From the human T2T-CHM13v2.0 reference genome, Homo sapiens: a stretch of DNA of 64,000 nucleotides. The stretch's first letter is position 1; each line of letters opens with the position of its first letter. This document shows positions 13,127-26,704 of the stretch, piece by piece. The notes beneath the pieces are model-generated. The model was not told where the DNA came from, made no database searches, and worked only from the letters and a program-made list of their open reading frames with translations. The translations under genes and the position numbers were made by a program. The stretch lies in NCBI RefSeq assembly GCF_009914755.1, contig NC_060936.1; one strand, given 5' to 3'.

Positions 13127-13232
13127 TCGACACTGACGAGGTCCCACATCCATGTCTCTGGGAAGTTTGTTCTTACTGTTTGAATTATAGCCTGTTCTAC
13201 ATAGTCAGCATTCTCCCCTCTGATTCCACTAG
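13127..13232 (-). CDS. Block A exon 18 (bait 3' part): SGIRGENADYVEQAIIQTVRTNFPETWMWDLVSV
   Basis: poly-T tag/CT...GA/gtgagt, 106 nt; FPETW motif. Confidence 0.9.
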
Positions 13233-13399
13233 CTAAAAAAAAAAAGGAAGAAGTACCTTATTCAGACCTTGGACTCTGCAAATTATAGTCTATATATTAT
13301 CAGGGTGTAAGGTCTCCATAAAACACCTCACTTTCCTGTATCACAGTCACTTACTATGACTGTTTTCCTGTATCACCATACATTGCCTGTTCCCCTACA

Positions 13400-14376
13400 C
13401 AGTCAGGTACCACATAATGACACTGTGATCAATGACAGACCACTTAGACTACAGTGGTCCCATAAAGTTAGAATGGAGCTGAAAAATTCCTACCACTTAT
13501 TGACATCAAAGCCATCATAACGTTGTAGTGCAATGCATTGGTCATGGGTTTGTGGTAATGCTGGTGTAAACAAACCTACTGCACTGCCAGTCCTATAAAA
13601 ATATAGCAGACACAATTTTGTACAGTACATAATACTTGATAATGATGACTATGTTACCGGTTTTTGTGCTTACTATACTATACTGTTTACTGTTTAGAGT
13701 GTACTGTTCTTACTTATCAAAAAAATTAACTGCAAAACAGCTTCAGGCAGGTCCTTCAGGAGATGTTCCAGAAGAAGGCATTGCTATCATAGATGATGAC
13801 AGCTCCATGCATGTTATTGCCCCAGAAGAACTTTCAGCGGTACAAGATGTGGAGGTAGAAGACAGTGATATTGATGATCCTGACCTTGTATAGGCCTAGA
13901 TTAATGTGTGTGTTTGCATCTTCGTTTTAAACAAAAAAGTATAAAAGTTAAAGAAAATTTAAAAATAGGAAAAAGCTTATAGAATAAGAATGTAAACAAA
14001 GAAAATATATTTGTACCCTGACTCACTCAGAGTAACTTTTAACCTTGCAAGCTCCATTCATGGGAAGTGCTCTATATAAAAGTATAACTTTTTTTTATCT
14101 TGTATACCACATTTTCACTGTGCCTTTTCCATGTTTAGCAATGATTAGATACACAAATAGTTATCATCGTGGTACAACTGCCTACAGTATTCAGTATAGT
14201 CACATGCTGCGGAGGTTTGTAGCCTAGGAAAAATGGGCTGTACCACATAGCATAGGTGTGTTGCAGGCTACAGCATCTAGGTTTGCGTAAGTACACTCTA
14301 TGATGTTCGCACAACAATATCACCTAACAATGCATTTTTCAGAACAAATTCTCCATCACTAAGTGAAGCATGATTG
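13400..14376 (+). mobile_element. Tigger3-family (TcMar) non-autonomous DNA transposon in the bait-region intron
   Basis: Termini cagtcaggtaccacataatgac... and ...aagtgaagcatgattg|ta; ggtcccataa..aatggagctgaaaaattcc core. Confidence 0.8.
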
Positions 14377-14626
14377 TATTTCTGACATTGTATTTTATCA
14401 ATAAAAATAAACTACATCTCACATCTGAAGCTAATTTCTTGTTATAGCCAAAAGCATGTCTAGTCTGTCTTATTCTGCTTTATCCAACTATAGGATGTCT
14501 AATTGTAGCCAAAAACATGGCATAATTCACACATAAAATTCCAAAATTGCATCATTTATCCCAAATACACTAAATTCCACAAAGCGGTTTGGTCATCCCC
14601 CAACAAAAAAATGTAAGATTACCTAC

Positions 14627-14771
14627 ATGCAATTCTAGACGGAACACTATGCATTGGACCATAATTTTCTGTTTCTAGATAAAGCGGCTTAGGGAGTGGC
14701 AGCCTTCTCTCCATCACACATACTTCTGGTTTTCGGTAATGGAGATTGGTAAAGACTTTGAGACCCATGTT
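14627..14771 (-). CDS. Block A exon 17 (bait region 5' part): NMGLKVFTNLHYRKPEVCVMERRLPLPKPLYLETENYGPMHSVPSRIA
   Basis: aag/AAC...GCAT/gtaggt, 145 nt, phase 1; an alternative donor ends the exon at 14623. Confidence 0.85.
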
Positions 14772-15091
14772 CTTTAAAGAAACAAACAACAAAAATATTG
14801 TTCATTCTTTTCATGCAAGAACTATAAAAGGCCTATTATTTATATTGCAAAGATAAATGGATCATAAGTATCCATATTTTCTGTGTTAACAAAGGTCTGA
14901 GAAGTTACAAGTCAACTTACCTCTATTTGACTTATGGAAAATCCCTAATTTAGAGAAAAAATTATAATCACTATGATTTATCTAGCACTTATTATGTGCT
15001 AGCATTTTTCTAAGTATTTTCCATTATTCTCCATTTCATCCTAAGTGGAAAATACTTATGAGATCAGCACTATCATTACCCTAATTAACAT

Positions 15092-15095
<4 letters not shown>

Positions 15096-15124
<29 letters not shown>
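15096..15124. repeat. (CA)n microsatellite
   Basis: Direct reading. Confidence 0.95.
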
Positions 15125-15126
<2 letters not shown>

Positions 15127-15582
15127 GGCACACTCAGTAAATTAAAGAACTGGAACCTGATAAAGTCTGTCTGATTCAATACCCCTTTTCTTACACACTT
15201 GTGATGTTAATTATAGAGATTATTTCATGGAAGGCTCAGCATGTCTCATTAATGGCCTAGGGATATCTGGAGTCCACACTCTCTTAGCCTCTTGATTTGA
15301 CAATCTTTGCATAAGATTTATTGTATTAATTGGAGGCTGTCTTATTTTTTTAAGTGAGGTTTTGTAATTATAGCTACATGATTTATTTTCAGCAGAAAAT
15401 TTTAAAATCAACAAAATTAATATCTCCTTTTTATAAGACAATTTCTATGTACTCTATTGGCAGATTACAGACACGAATCTCAAAGTATAGGAAGAAAACT
15501 ACATAATTAAGAAAACATTAATATGCATTATGAATACTAAAAATTGTGATGAAATATTTTCCAAAATCCTTAGTGATCTTAC

Positions 15583-15753
15583 CCTGACAATATTATAGAT
15601 ATCTCCATCCCCATAGTTGCTTACAGGTGTGTAATATAAACCATTGTAGAACATATCCCTCTGAGGAATGCAAGGGTCTTCCTTGCCATCATCAAGATTG
15701 AGGCCATGGTAGAAATAACCATACGGCTCTATACTTGGAACCATGTTATACAC
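15583..15753 (-). CDS. Block A exon 16 (linker): VYNMVPSIEPYGYFYHGLNLDDGKEDPC...DIYNIVR
   Basis: tag/GTG...AGG/gtaaga, 171 nt. Confidence 0.92.
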
Positions 15754-17616
15754 CTATGAGAAAAAACATTTCCCAATAATTTTAAGCACTTCTTTTAAAA
15801 TTACAAAATTGGCAAATTGTCTACTGTACCATTTATTCTTGTTCTTTTCTTTAAGAGCACGGCCATCATATTTAATCCAGTATTTTCACATAAGCTCTTC
15901 CTTTCAAAAGAGCAAACCAGTTTTGTTTTAGGCAACTGATGTCATGTTCACAGAATTTCTCAGCTTGGGCGCAGGATTTAAGAGAGAATGTAAGAAAGCA
16001 ATGCCTGACTATTGATTAATCCAAGGCCCATTGTACACACAGTCAATTATAATGCTAGAATTTCTAAGTCTGGAGAATAATCTTAGCTGCCTGATTTTAA
16101 ATCTTCTTACATAATCTTCTGAAGAAAACATAAAATCAACAAAGAGAACAAGTAAGGATACTCATGACTAATATCTTTAACATTACTACAATACAGAGAA
16201 TACCATGATCTTCAAATTATTTCTTAGTAGAGAAACAAACACCAAATGCCAAGAGAGCTTCTACTGCTATTGCAGAGGGAAGGCTTAAGAGACTGCAGAG
16301 AAAAAGAGAGCAGAATGGCATGGAGAAATGAGAAGAAACACACACCAAGTCAACTCCAGGTAAGAGAAAGTCTAGCATTGTTAAAAATACAAATCATAGT
16401 TTTCGGACTCAACAGTTCCCAGTACAGCACACAGGGAAAGGGCTTGGACTGAATGGGCCTGGAAGTGGAAGCTTCCAAAAAACATGGCTAAGGGGAAATA
16501 ATCAGATCACAAGAAGAGGTATGCAGATCCTTGGAGACAGGGAATTTAAAAAAGGAAAGGATGTCATAGGATAAAATAACTCCCTCCACCCTCATTTCCA
16601 TCACCAACATTTTAAAAATAATGCATTTTACTAAAAAAAAAAAAAATAGAAAGGGCGCTCTTCACCTATGAACACCCTGCACAAAATATCAAGAACTAGA
16701 AAAAATCAACTCCATACAAAGCTTCTGTAAGAGAAAATAGGAAATGCAAACCAAAACACTTCAGCTAATGAAACTTCTCCACTAAAGTCACTAAGTAAAT
16801 AAATAAGTAAACAAAGAAAAGCCATGCCAAAATAATTTAACATGAGTGAAATATTCTCAAGCATGTATTTGAGGTATTTAAAAGGCACCATGAGTCAGAA
16901 ATTCAATTAAGAAAATACAGAAATGGACAAAACCCAAGAAGAAATAAAATGAGGCTTTATTGAACTCAGGAAAACTAGACAAAATTATATCATAAATAAA
17001 CTCTAAAGTACAAGGACATCAAGAGAAAATTGTTCAGAGAAAACTTTAAAAGCAGCACAGAGGAAAAACAACAGAACAAAACTGAAAAAGAATGAATTAA
17101 AACAGGTCACAAAGTGATTGAATTGGAAAGCAGGCAAGGAAGATCCAACAAATGTACAGAGATTTTTTTAGAACAAAAAAAATGGAAAGACCAATATTTA
17201 CAATTATAATTCAGGGGAACTATCTGAAAATAAAAGAAGATTTGAGTTTACATATTGCATGACTCCACTGTGTACCTGGCAAAACTTCTACAGAATAACA
17301 TTCTTACTGAAACTGTTAGATTAAAGTATAAAGGGGAAAAAACATTCAAGGCCTTCAGACATAGAGATAAAGTAGCCCATAATGGAAAATGAATTAAACT
17401 AATGTCAGCACTATTAAAAGGCATATTCAAAGCAAGTCAATAGTAAGGTAGCATTTCAAAAAATTTTAAAATGTATAAACCAAAGATTTAATATACAAAT
17501 ACCTGTCTTTCATTTATTAAGGCTTTAGAAAAAATAATTCTGAATATGAAAATGTCAGAGAATTCTATACTTATGTGATATCCTGAGGACTCTAGTAGAG
17601 AATGCACTTTTTAAAA

Positions 17617-17745
17617 ATTTTTATTTATTTATTTCTGAGACAGGGTCTCATTCTCTTGCCCAGGCTGAAGCTCAGTGGTATGATAATGGCTCACAGCAGC
17701 CTCGATCTCCCAGGCTCAAGCAATCTTCCCGCCCCAGCCTCCTGG
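17617..17745 (-). mobile_element. AluJ/FLAM monomer fragment
   Basis: gagacagggtctc...cccaggctcaagcaatc. Confidence 0.85.
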
Positions 17746-17961
17746 AGAATGAGCTTTATGTAACCAAAAGATGACTCAGGAAATTAGTAAGACTTGATGA
17801 ATAGGAGAAACAATACAGAATGTAAACATTATATATTCTGACAAAAAAGGAAAGATGCAACAATAAAATGAGAGAAGAGGGAGAGAAAAGTGGAAACTAG
17901 AGATTACTGACTGTTGTGTAGGTAGCAGTTAAGACTCAAAGATTAAAAATAACTGACTAGA

Positions 17962-18252
17962 TTTTTTTTTTAAATGGAGTCTCGCTCTGTCGCCCAGGCT
18001 GGAGTGCAGTGGCGCGATCTCGGCTCACTGCAAGCTCTGCCTCCCAGGTTCATGCCATTCTCCTGCCTCAGTCTCCTGAGTAGCTGGGACTACAGGCACC
18101 CGCCACCACGCCCAGCTAATTTTTTAATATTTTTAGTAGAGACGCGGTTTCACCATGTTAGCGAGGATGGTCTCGATCTCCTGACCTCATGATCCACCCG
18201 CCTTGGCCTCCCAAAGTCCTGGGATTACAGGCGTGAGCCACCGCGCCCGGCC
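17962..18252 (-). mobile_element. AluY with TSD ataactgactaga
   Basis: AluY diagnostics; TSD at 17949-17961 and 18253-18265. Confidence 0.95.
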
Positions 18253-19671
18253 ATAACTGACTAGATATTAAGGTTAAGCAAGAAAAAATGAGATTAGGAT
18301 ATTAGGATATTATAAAATATGTAAATATAAAAATAACCACTAAAATAAAAATTCAAGCTAGCCTGAATACTCAAAGAAGCTTTAAGCAAGATAACAACAA
18401 ACAAACATAAAAGCTAAAGAAATAAAGTAGCTTTAAATACAATACAGAATCATAAGAAAAATAGTATGATAGAGCTGAGGCCTAACACATACATCATATC
18501 AATAGAGTGAATAGACTTTATTCTCCTTTAGAAGACAAAGATATGCATATTTAAAACAAAACATAATGCTGTACTTCATACAAAAAACAAGTGAAGTGCA
18601 TATTTCAAAAGGTGAAATCCAAAGGAAAAGTAAAGGAAAATAATAAGAATGCAAAGGCTGCAATCCTCCTGTTATCGGAAATCGTAGAAGTAAGGCCAAA
18701 AGACATCAAACAAGATAGAGAAGAATACTTACTGCTAAAAGCTGCAATTCATAATAAAGGCACAACAGTTATGATTATCTATGCAGAAACTACAGAAGAT
18801 GCAAGAAGAAACAGAGCACTATTTGTAGGGTATTTTAACACATCACTCAGCAGAAGAAGGTTAAATAAATTTTACAAAATAAGTAAGAATACAAAGAATC
18901 AAAATAATCCAACCTCATGGATAGAAAACAAACTGATAATAGAGACTATATCTTCTCAACACATGAGATATATTCGCAAAAACTCATTATATATTTGGGC
19001 ACAAAAATATACCGGTGGAAATATTGCTGGCCATGAAGATATAGAACTTGAAATTTAAAAGAAAACTCTAAAATAAATTCCTTTTTATATGAAAATTATA
19101 AAGTACTCCAGTAAGTAAATTTTCAGTGAAAGGGTTAATACAAACAGAAATTACGGAATTTCTGAAAAATAAAAATGGTGCAATTGCTATGTATCAGGAT
19201 CTATGAGATACTTCAAAAGTAGAAATCATGGAAAAACTTATAGGCTTAAAAACACCTAGCCCAATAAAATAAATTAATGAAAATGAAGTAAATTTCTAAG
19301 TGAAAAAGCTAAAAATAACAACAAAATACAGCACCAGTAAGGAAATAATAAAGATAAAAATAGAAATTAATGTGATGGAGTAGCAAAAAACCTCACATCA
19401 TATTACATCACATTAATAAATTAAAATTATATGTTTTTGGAAAACTCGGCAAAATAGGTAAACCACCAACTAATCTAACAAGGAAGAAAAAGTAGCTATC
19501 TGCTTAGGAACAAAAGAAAAACAACTTCTTCCATGACTCAGTTTTCAGCCTCATTTTTTGTCCTTTTAGCATCGTGAATTGGGGTCCGGAGTTGTTTGTA
19601 TTTTTCTTTCACAATAGACTGATGTATGTAACCTAGTCTCAAATGATTCAGAAAAAACTGAAATGGCATAA

Positions 19672-19675
<4 letters not shown>

Positions 19676-19717
<42 letters not shown>

Positions 19718-19723
19718 TGTGTG
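19676..19723. repeat. (TG)n microsatellite
   Basis: Direct reading. Confidence 0.95.
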
Positions 19724-20196
19724 TAGGGGTGGAGAGAGTGAGAAAGAGAAAACAAGTACGGTGAAATGTTCACAAACTGGTGAATCAGGCCAAGGGTCCA
19801 CGGGAGTTCTCTGTGTAATTCTTGCACTTTTAAAAATTATTTAAAACTAAAAACTAAGCTTACATAAGATAATACAAAAAATAACATAAACTTATAGAAT
19901 ATAAATTGGAATTCACTCATTTATAGAACTTCACTTGATTTATACTATTAATATAGCTATCAATAATAAACAAGGGCAACCTCTTTTGGCTCTGATATAT
20001 TCTGAGACCCCTGAATAATGCCTCTAGAATTTTCTTTTTGAGGTCCCTTGATGGTCTTTTCTTGAGGCAGTTTTCCTAAGATATTGCCACCTCCAACTGT
20101 AGAAAGAATGAGCAGAAGCTATTTACTCTGAATCCATGAAACTCTCAAGGGAAAAAAAAGGAGTGTGTGTGTGTGTACATATATAAACATATATAT

Positions 20197-20241
<45 letters not shown>

Positions 20242-20249
20242 CATATTCC

Positions 20250-20546
20250 TTTTTTTTCTTTGAGACAGGGTCTCGCTCTGTCACCCAGGATGGAGTGTAG
20301 TGGCACGATCTTGGTTCACTGCAACCTCTGCCCCCGCCAGGGCTCAAGTGATCCTCCCATGTCAATCTCCCAAGTTTCTGAGATCACAGGTGCACATCAC
20401 TGTGCCCTGCTCATTTTTTATATTTTCGGGGGAGACAGAGTCTCATCATGTTGTGCAGGCTGGTCTCGACCTCGTGAGCACAAACGATCTGCCCGCCTTG
20501 GCCTCCCAAAGTGCTGGGATTACAGGCGTGAGCACAGCACATGGCC
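20250..20546 (-). mobile_element. AluJ (compound TG/TA/CA microsatellite at 20164-20243 on its tail side)
   Basis: Diverged dimer. Confidence 0.9.
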
Positions 20547-21429
20547 ATATTCCATATTTATAGATAAATTTATCCTTTATTTGTTGATGTCCCCTCAGAT
20601 TCTGAAAGCTTCTAACTAAAAGTATTTTTGCTCCCTGTAATAGAAAACTTAAATGTATTTATGTTTTGCATTGAGAAAAATGTTTTATATAATGATCTAT
20701 AGTTATTCAATATTATTACTGAATTCTATAATTTTATACTTAAAACTGGACTTACTACAGAATGTTGAAAGCAAAATACAAAACTATTTTTTGGTGAGAT
20801 CTCAAGTTTGTAAAATATATATGCCTTCAGAAAAGAGACTTGAAAAATTACAGCAAAACTATAAAGATGACTAAGTGTTAGGACTATAAATGATTTTAAA
20901 GATTTCCTTCTTTATGTCTTTGTATACTTTGCACAAAGTACACAATTTAAATTAGATTTAAATATGATCATAAATTTCAATAGTTATTTATATGTAATTG
21001 TGTTAGAAATAAACGGAAAATATCCAACAATTGTTAAGCGAAATAAATTGGATGTGAACTTCTGGAATTCCAGGTCTGGAAATGTTTAAGAAAATACAAT
21101 ATCCATTTATAGATAATAACTTTACACTGAATCCAAGCATATCCTTGAACATAGAGATTTCATTTTATTCCAAGTTTCCACTTCTGTGATTACACCTATG
21201 ATTTTTAAAAATCACAGTTGTAAAATTCCTAAACTGTTATAATTATCTATCAAATTCTGTATTGTTATAAGCATGCTCTTAGGATAGCCAAGAAAAATAC
21301 GTATATAATCCATGAAGGAACAAAGGAAGAAAACATTCAATATTTTCAACATGTTCAAGACATCATCTGAAGGATAAGACTTCTGGTAGTCCAGAGAAAC
21401 ATGAAAAACGAGGAAGTCAGAGAGCTTAC

Positions 21430-21579
21430 ACTTTCAGCTGACAGCTGTTGTTCAGATTTCACTAGAAGGACGTTCCCATCCACAGCCCCGAGGGCACAGA
21501 ATAAGACAGGCGCCGCTTGAAGATAGAGACTAGCATTGGAACCAGGTAAGCCCTGCTCGTTAGAGAACTTTATGTTAAC
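21430..21579 (-). CDS. Block A exon 15: VNIKFSNEQGLPGSNASLYLQAAPVLFCALGAVDGNVLLVKSEQQLSAES
   Basis: tag/GTT...AGT/gtaagc, 150 nt. Confidence 0.92.
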
Positions 21580-21934
21580 CTAAAGTAGAGAAAAAAAAGA
21601 GATGAGAGTAGAGACCATTTTATGTAAAGATGATCTGAATACATTTAATCTCTCCTGAATAAATCCTTATAGATTTCTATACGGTATTTCCTTTGCCCAC
21701 TCTCACCCTCAGCTTTCTTTGCAGGAGACCCCCTTCACCACGTGCTGCCGTCTCAGGATTGGCACTGCTGCCAAGGATCATGCATTGTGTTTGGTGATTC
21801 TCACATCCCCTAATAATTCAATTATGCCAGCACTGAGTGTGAGTTTCCCACGTGAAGGTGATAGCAGTCAGGCGAGAAGACAGCAGGGAGCAAACTGTTC
21901 CCACTTCTCAGGCCAGAAATAGGAGAAACATCAC

Positions 21935-22080
21935 CTTGTGTTTAAAGCACTTGTCAACCTGGAATCTGACACTGTCAGCCACAATTTCCCCACTGGGGTG
22001 AAGGGTGTAGACAAACAGGACGGCTGCAGGAGCCAGATCAGCACTGATGCTGAGTGGGAACGAGAAGTTTCCATTCCAGG
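21935..22080 (-). CDS. Block A exon 14: AWNGNFSFPLSISADLAPAAVLFVYTLHPSGEIVADSVRFQVDKCFKHK
   Basis: cag/CC...AAG/gtgatg, 146 nt. Confidence 0.92.
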
Positions 22081-22291
22081 CTGTGTAAATAGGAGACGAA
22101 GAGATACGATGCTGAAAGTTTCCTGAATCACTGGTACACTTAGATAAAAGAGAATAGCTCATGGACAGAAAGAGTAAATTGGGCCCTGTTTTCAAGACAA
22201 ATAAATCAAATAATAGGAAGTACATACACAAATAAAGAAGACTGCATAATTTAGATAATAACAATACTGGGATTTTGTACACCACTTTTCT

Positions 22292-22551
22292 TTTTTTTAT
22301 TTTTTATTTATTATTATTATTCTTTAAGTTTTAGGGTACATGTGCACAATGTGCAGGTTAGTTACATATGTATACATGTGCCATGCTGGTGCGCTGCACC
22401 CACTAACTCGTCATCTAGCATTAGGTATATCTCCCAATGCTATCCCTCCACCATCCCCCCACCCCACAACAGTCCTCAGAGTATGATGTTCCCCTTCCTG
22501 TGTCCATGTGTTCTCACCGTTCAATTCCCACCTATGAGTGAGAATATGCGG
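22292..22551 (-). mobile_element. 5'-truncated young L1PA (L1PA3-like) 3' end with 17-bp TSD
   Basis: L1 3'UTR; TSD ttgtacaccacttttct at 22275-22291 and 22552-22568. Confidence 0.92.
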
Positions 22552-22885
22552 TTGTACACCACTTTTCTAATGTACTCAATGATCTGACAATAAAAGAAAC
22601 AGTAGAACTCTCCTTCATCAGGACATTTAGTAGCTTCCCTCAGGCTGTGCTAACTATTCCCTTCATCCACAAATTGAAATAAGTGCTCGTTCTAACTTCT
22701 TTTCACTATATATATACACATACATATATACACACATATATATATACACACACATATATATGTTTGACTATATATAAATATATTTTCTTAATATATATAA
22801 TCCCCATATATATAATGTCTATATATCCTTAACAAGAAAAAATGAAGTTAGAGCACATATTTTAAAATGAATACATTATGTATAC

Positions 22886-22940
22886 CTTTGTTTCTGATTT
22901 CCTTTTGTCCACTGAGTAAGATAGCTCCTTTTACCATCAT
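22886..22940 (-). CDS. Block A exon 13: MMVKGAILLSGQKEIRNK
   Basis: tag/ATG...AAAG/gtatac, 55 nt. Confidence 0.88.
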
Positions 22941-23570
22941 CTATGTGGAACAAAGAAAACATAACATGCAATATATTATCTGATGTCATCATATTCTCAT
23001 ATTGAGATTAGGTAATTCATTACTTAATGGTAATTCTGTTCCATAAGATAGGGTAGCTTCCACAAGCAAATATTAAAAATAGACTTTGCGTAAGTTGGAA
23101 AAGAGCAGAGAAAGTGACTAAAACTGATTGAGATTCTATCATGTACTGGAAACTTTGTGAACTATGTGCAATGCACTGTGCAAAGTGGCACATAAAGCTC
23201 TGAAATTGTCAAGGCTGTCCGGTTTCAAATACGCCTTCACCTGCTCATTAACTTTGTGACTTAAAACATGATGTTTTACCTGTTTGCCTCTGTTCCATTA
23301 TCTGTAAAATGGAGATATCTATAAGGCTAATTAAATGAGTTAACACATATACAATCCTTATAACAGTGCCTGACACAGAACACTTACCCTAAGAGGTAAG
23401 TCTTATAATCTCCAATTACACTGTACACCTGAGGAAGCCAAGGGTTAAAGAGTTCAAACAATCCGTCCAAGATGCACTAACTTGCATGCTAACTAGGAGA
23501 GGGTGGGGGATTCAAGTTAATGTCTTAATTTCCAGGTCTGTGTCTTATCACTCTTCAACAGGCCTTAGAG

Positions 23571-24033
23571 CAGAAGGCCCCAGTCCCCAGGCTGTGTACC
23601 GGCAGGTACCTATCCATGGCCTGTCAGGTACTAGGCCACACAGCAGGAGGTGAGCAGTGCGGTGAGCAAGCATTACCACCTGAGCTCCTGTCAGATCAGC
23701 AGTGGTATTAGATTCTCATAGGAGCACAAGCCCTGGTGTGAACTGCACGTGTGAGGGATCTAGGTTGTGCGCTCTTTATGAGAATCTAATGCCTAAAAAT
23801 CTGTCACTGTCTCCCATCACCACCAGATAGGACCATCTAGCTGCAGGAAAACAAGCACAGGGTTCTTACTGATTCCACATTATGGTGAGTATGTAATAAT
23901 AATAGAAATAAAGTGAACAATAAATGTAATATGCTTGAATCATCCTGAAGCCATCCCACCATCCCCACCCCATCTGTGGAAAAATTGTCTTCCATGAAGC
24001 CAGTCCCTGGTGCCACAAAGGTTGGGGGCTCCT
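23571..24033 (+). mobile_element. MER1A-like hAT-Charlie DNA transposon
   Basis: cacagcaggaggtgagc...ttagattctcataggagc...gtggaaaaattgtcttccatgaa.ccagtccctggtgcca.aaaggttgggg. Confidence 0.85.
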
Positions 24034-24418
24034 CCTTAGAAAGACAAAATGGACAGAACCAAGAGAATAAAGTCCTTTTACTGCTTATCAACATAAGCTT
24101 TCCACCTTACTTTCTGGCATCTGCCCAATATTTTACTATTACAAAGTGTCATAAATACTTGATATGAGTTACATTTGAATGCTTAAACAAGTGGACTCTG
24201 AACAGCAAGTTCTTCAACCTTAGGGAAACTTTAATTGCCTTAGATCGTTCTATGTGTTTGTTTGTTGTTAATGGATCGAACAGTATTCACCAGCAAAGTG
24301 AGAAGGCTGCCCTTACTCTGGTCACCGTGGCATGACTGATGCACGATTTCTAAGCTGTGCTGGGCTAAGCAGACGTGCAATTGAACAGGATTCCAGGAAC
24401 CCACTGACTGAGACTTAC

Positions 24419-24646
24419 CAAATAGAAGAACTTTACATTGGAATCATCCTCATATGCTTCACTGTTTAGGGAGTAATGCAAAGTAACAACCTTCTGGTGA
24501 TTACATTCAAGCTGCTTTGGTTCTGGAACAATCTTCAGGAAGCTGTTCGTTCGGGAGTAAAAGCGTGAGACTAAGAAGTGAGCATCCAAGTACTGAGGCG
24601 TCAACCAGCTGGGAAGATAGCAGCTCTTAGGTCGAACATATGTGGC
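24419..24646 (-). CDS. Block A exon 12: ATYVRPKSCYLPSWLTPQ...SNVKFFYL
   Basis: cag/GCC...TTG/gtaagt, 228 nt. Confidence 0.92.
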
Positions 24647-25338
24647 CTGAGATGACAAAAGAAAGTGAAGGGTCTTAGTATCATGACATCCGAAGACAGT
24701 TGTTACTGAGAATGGAGGCTTCTCAACTCTCCAGAGTAGGGAGGAATCTCAGCTTGTGGCTGACGTTTTAATGTTAAGTTATTGGAATCAAAATAATAAT
24801 AGCACTCTGCTCTTTGTATACAAAACGTGACCATGAAAGATTGTGTAAATATTTCATTAGACTGATGGTGAATTGTTATGTTTTTTACACTTTAATTGAA
24901 GCCACAGAATTGGGTTTCAGTTCTGTTTCTTTCAGCTACATGTGAACACTGACAAATTATTTAACTGCAAAATTCTGTTTAAGCAGCGGAAAATAAACAG
25001 AAAGTATAGGATCTCCCCTATCTATGCATGAAATGATCTGAGGAAGAAAGTCAAATCATCCTCATGAGCTACTTCTTGTTTCCTAGAGGAAAATATTAGT
25101 TGTTAGCAAATTTATAACAATCGTGATAGACTTTTAGCTTCCCATCCCCTTGAACAAGTATTCTCATGTATTATTTAGTGAACAAGCAAATTTATAAAAT
25201 AAGTTACATTTTAAATTTTCTTTAAAATAGATTCTGTATACAAGCTATCTTTTGAGATATTCCTAATGTTTAACATTTCTGATATCCAAATCCTCTGTGG
25301 GATGTCTAATGGTCTTCTTCTGTTCTTTGATGTCTTAC

Positions 25339-25497
25339 TTTTAGGTTGAACTCTGGATCAAATATGTCTGAAGTGTCAATGGAAAATTGAGCTTCGCCAT
25401 TCTCGTCCGTAGTATAATTTCCTATAAATTCATCATTGAGCTCCAGTTGCAACAACTTGTTCACCATAGGTACATTACTGGGATCCGAAAATTTAAG
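25339..25497 (-). CDS. Block A exon 11: LKFSDPSNVPMVNKLLQLELNDEFIGNYTTDENGEAQFSIDTSDIFDPEFNLK
   Basis: cag/CTT...AAA/gtaaga, 159 nt; TTDENG motif. Confidence 0.92.
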
Positions 25498-25838
25498 CTG
25501 TACAAGAAAAGAATAATTAATATGACTTAAAACACAAAATGTTTACATTTTTACAGAGAAATAGTTTTCTACTCATAAATGTGATCCCTAGTCATTTTCC
25601 TAAATTCCAACAGACAGAAAGATGCTCTATTAAATACATAGATATATAATATAAAGTATGGAAAAAATGATACTGTTATCTATTGCTTCTTTCAATCTAG
25701 GACACTTTCTAGCACCTCAGACATAGTAGTGCTTAAAATGTATTACAAAAGTAGGAAAAAAGTGACCAGAAATTTTCAAAGGGCAATCTATGATCCAAGA
25801 AAATGAAATGGAAGCATGTATTCTTTAGTCAAACCTAC

Positions 25839-25948
25839 AGTTCCAAAATAAGAAATCCCTCTTCTGTAGAAAGTATCCATGTTCTCAAAGTTTACAGTTC
25901 CAAGCAATTGAGTGATAAAAACTGAGGTCTTCTCACTGATCTGCATAC
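25839..25948 (-). CDS. Block A exon 10: GMQISEKTSVFITQLLGTVNFENMDTFYRRGISYFGT
   Basis: cag/GT...ACT/gtaggt, 110 nt. Confidence 0.92.
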
Positions 25949-26183
25949 CTGTAAGGAATGATGAACACAGCAGAGTGAAAATATCTAAGTTACCATCCAC
26001 AGCAATATAAATGTGACCAGCTTGCCCAGTGTGAATAGCATCATGATATTGATCAAGTATGCTTATATAGAGCACTTTACAATGGCATAATCACAAACTC
26101 CTTTTTAAATAACAAGAAATAATTAGTAGTTAAATCTGATTTTCCCACTCCAAATTAAATAATCTCTTTCTCCCTTCTTTCTG

Positions 26184-26509
<326 letters not shown>

Positions 26510-26704
26510 TAACAAATACTTATTGAACACTCACTTTGTGCAATCTTGTAAATTTTTCAGTAATAATTTTTGCACTTGCAACTATTCCCAGTTGTATTAA
26601 ATTAGAAATAATCTGAATTTTGTACTTAGTGCTAACTCAACAAGCTTCTCCCAGTAAGTTGCCATACATATATCCCCAGGTCGTCCAAAAAATACAGTAA
26701 TTTC

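Larger units (their letters stand above)
16200..19500 (+). mobile_element. Old degenerate L1M (ORF1 3' part and ORF2 endonuclease remnants); boundaries approximate
   Basis: A-rich strand; ORF 18591-19058 retains EN-like traces (IYA, G.FNT.LS); interrupted by Alus. Confidence 0.7.

Noticed and set aside
18591-19058. 155-aa ORF
   Set aside because: Decayed L1M endonuclease remnant.
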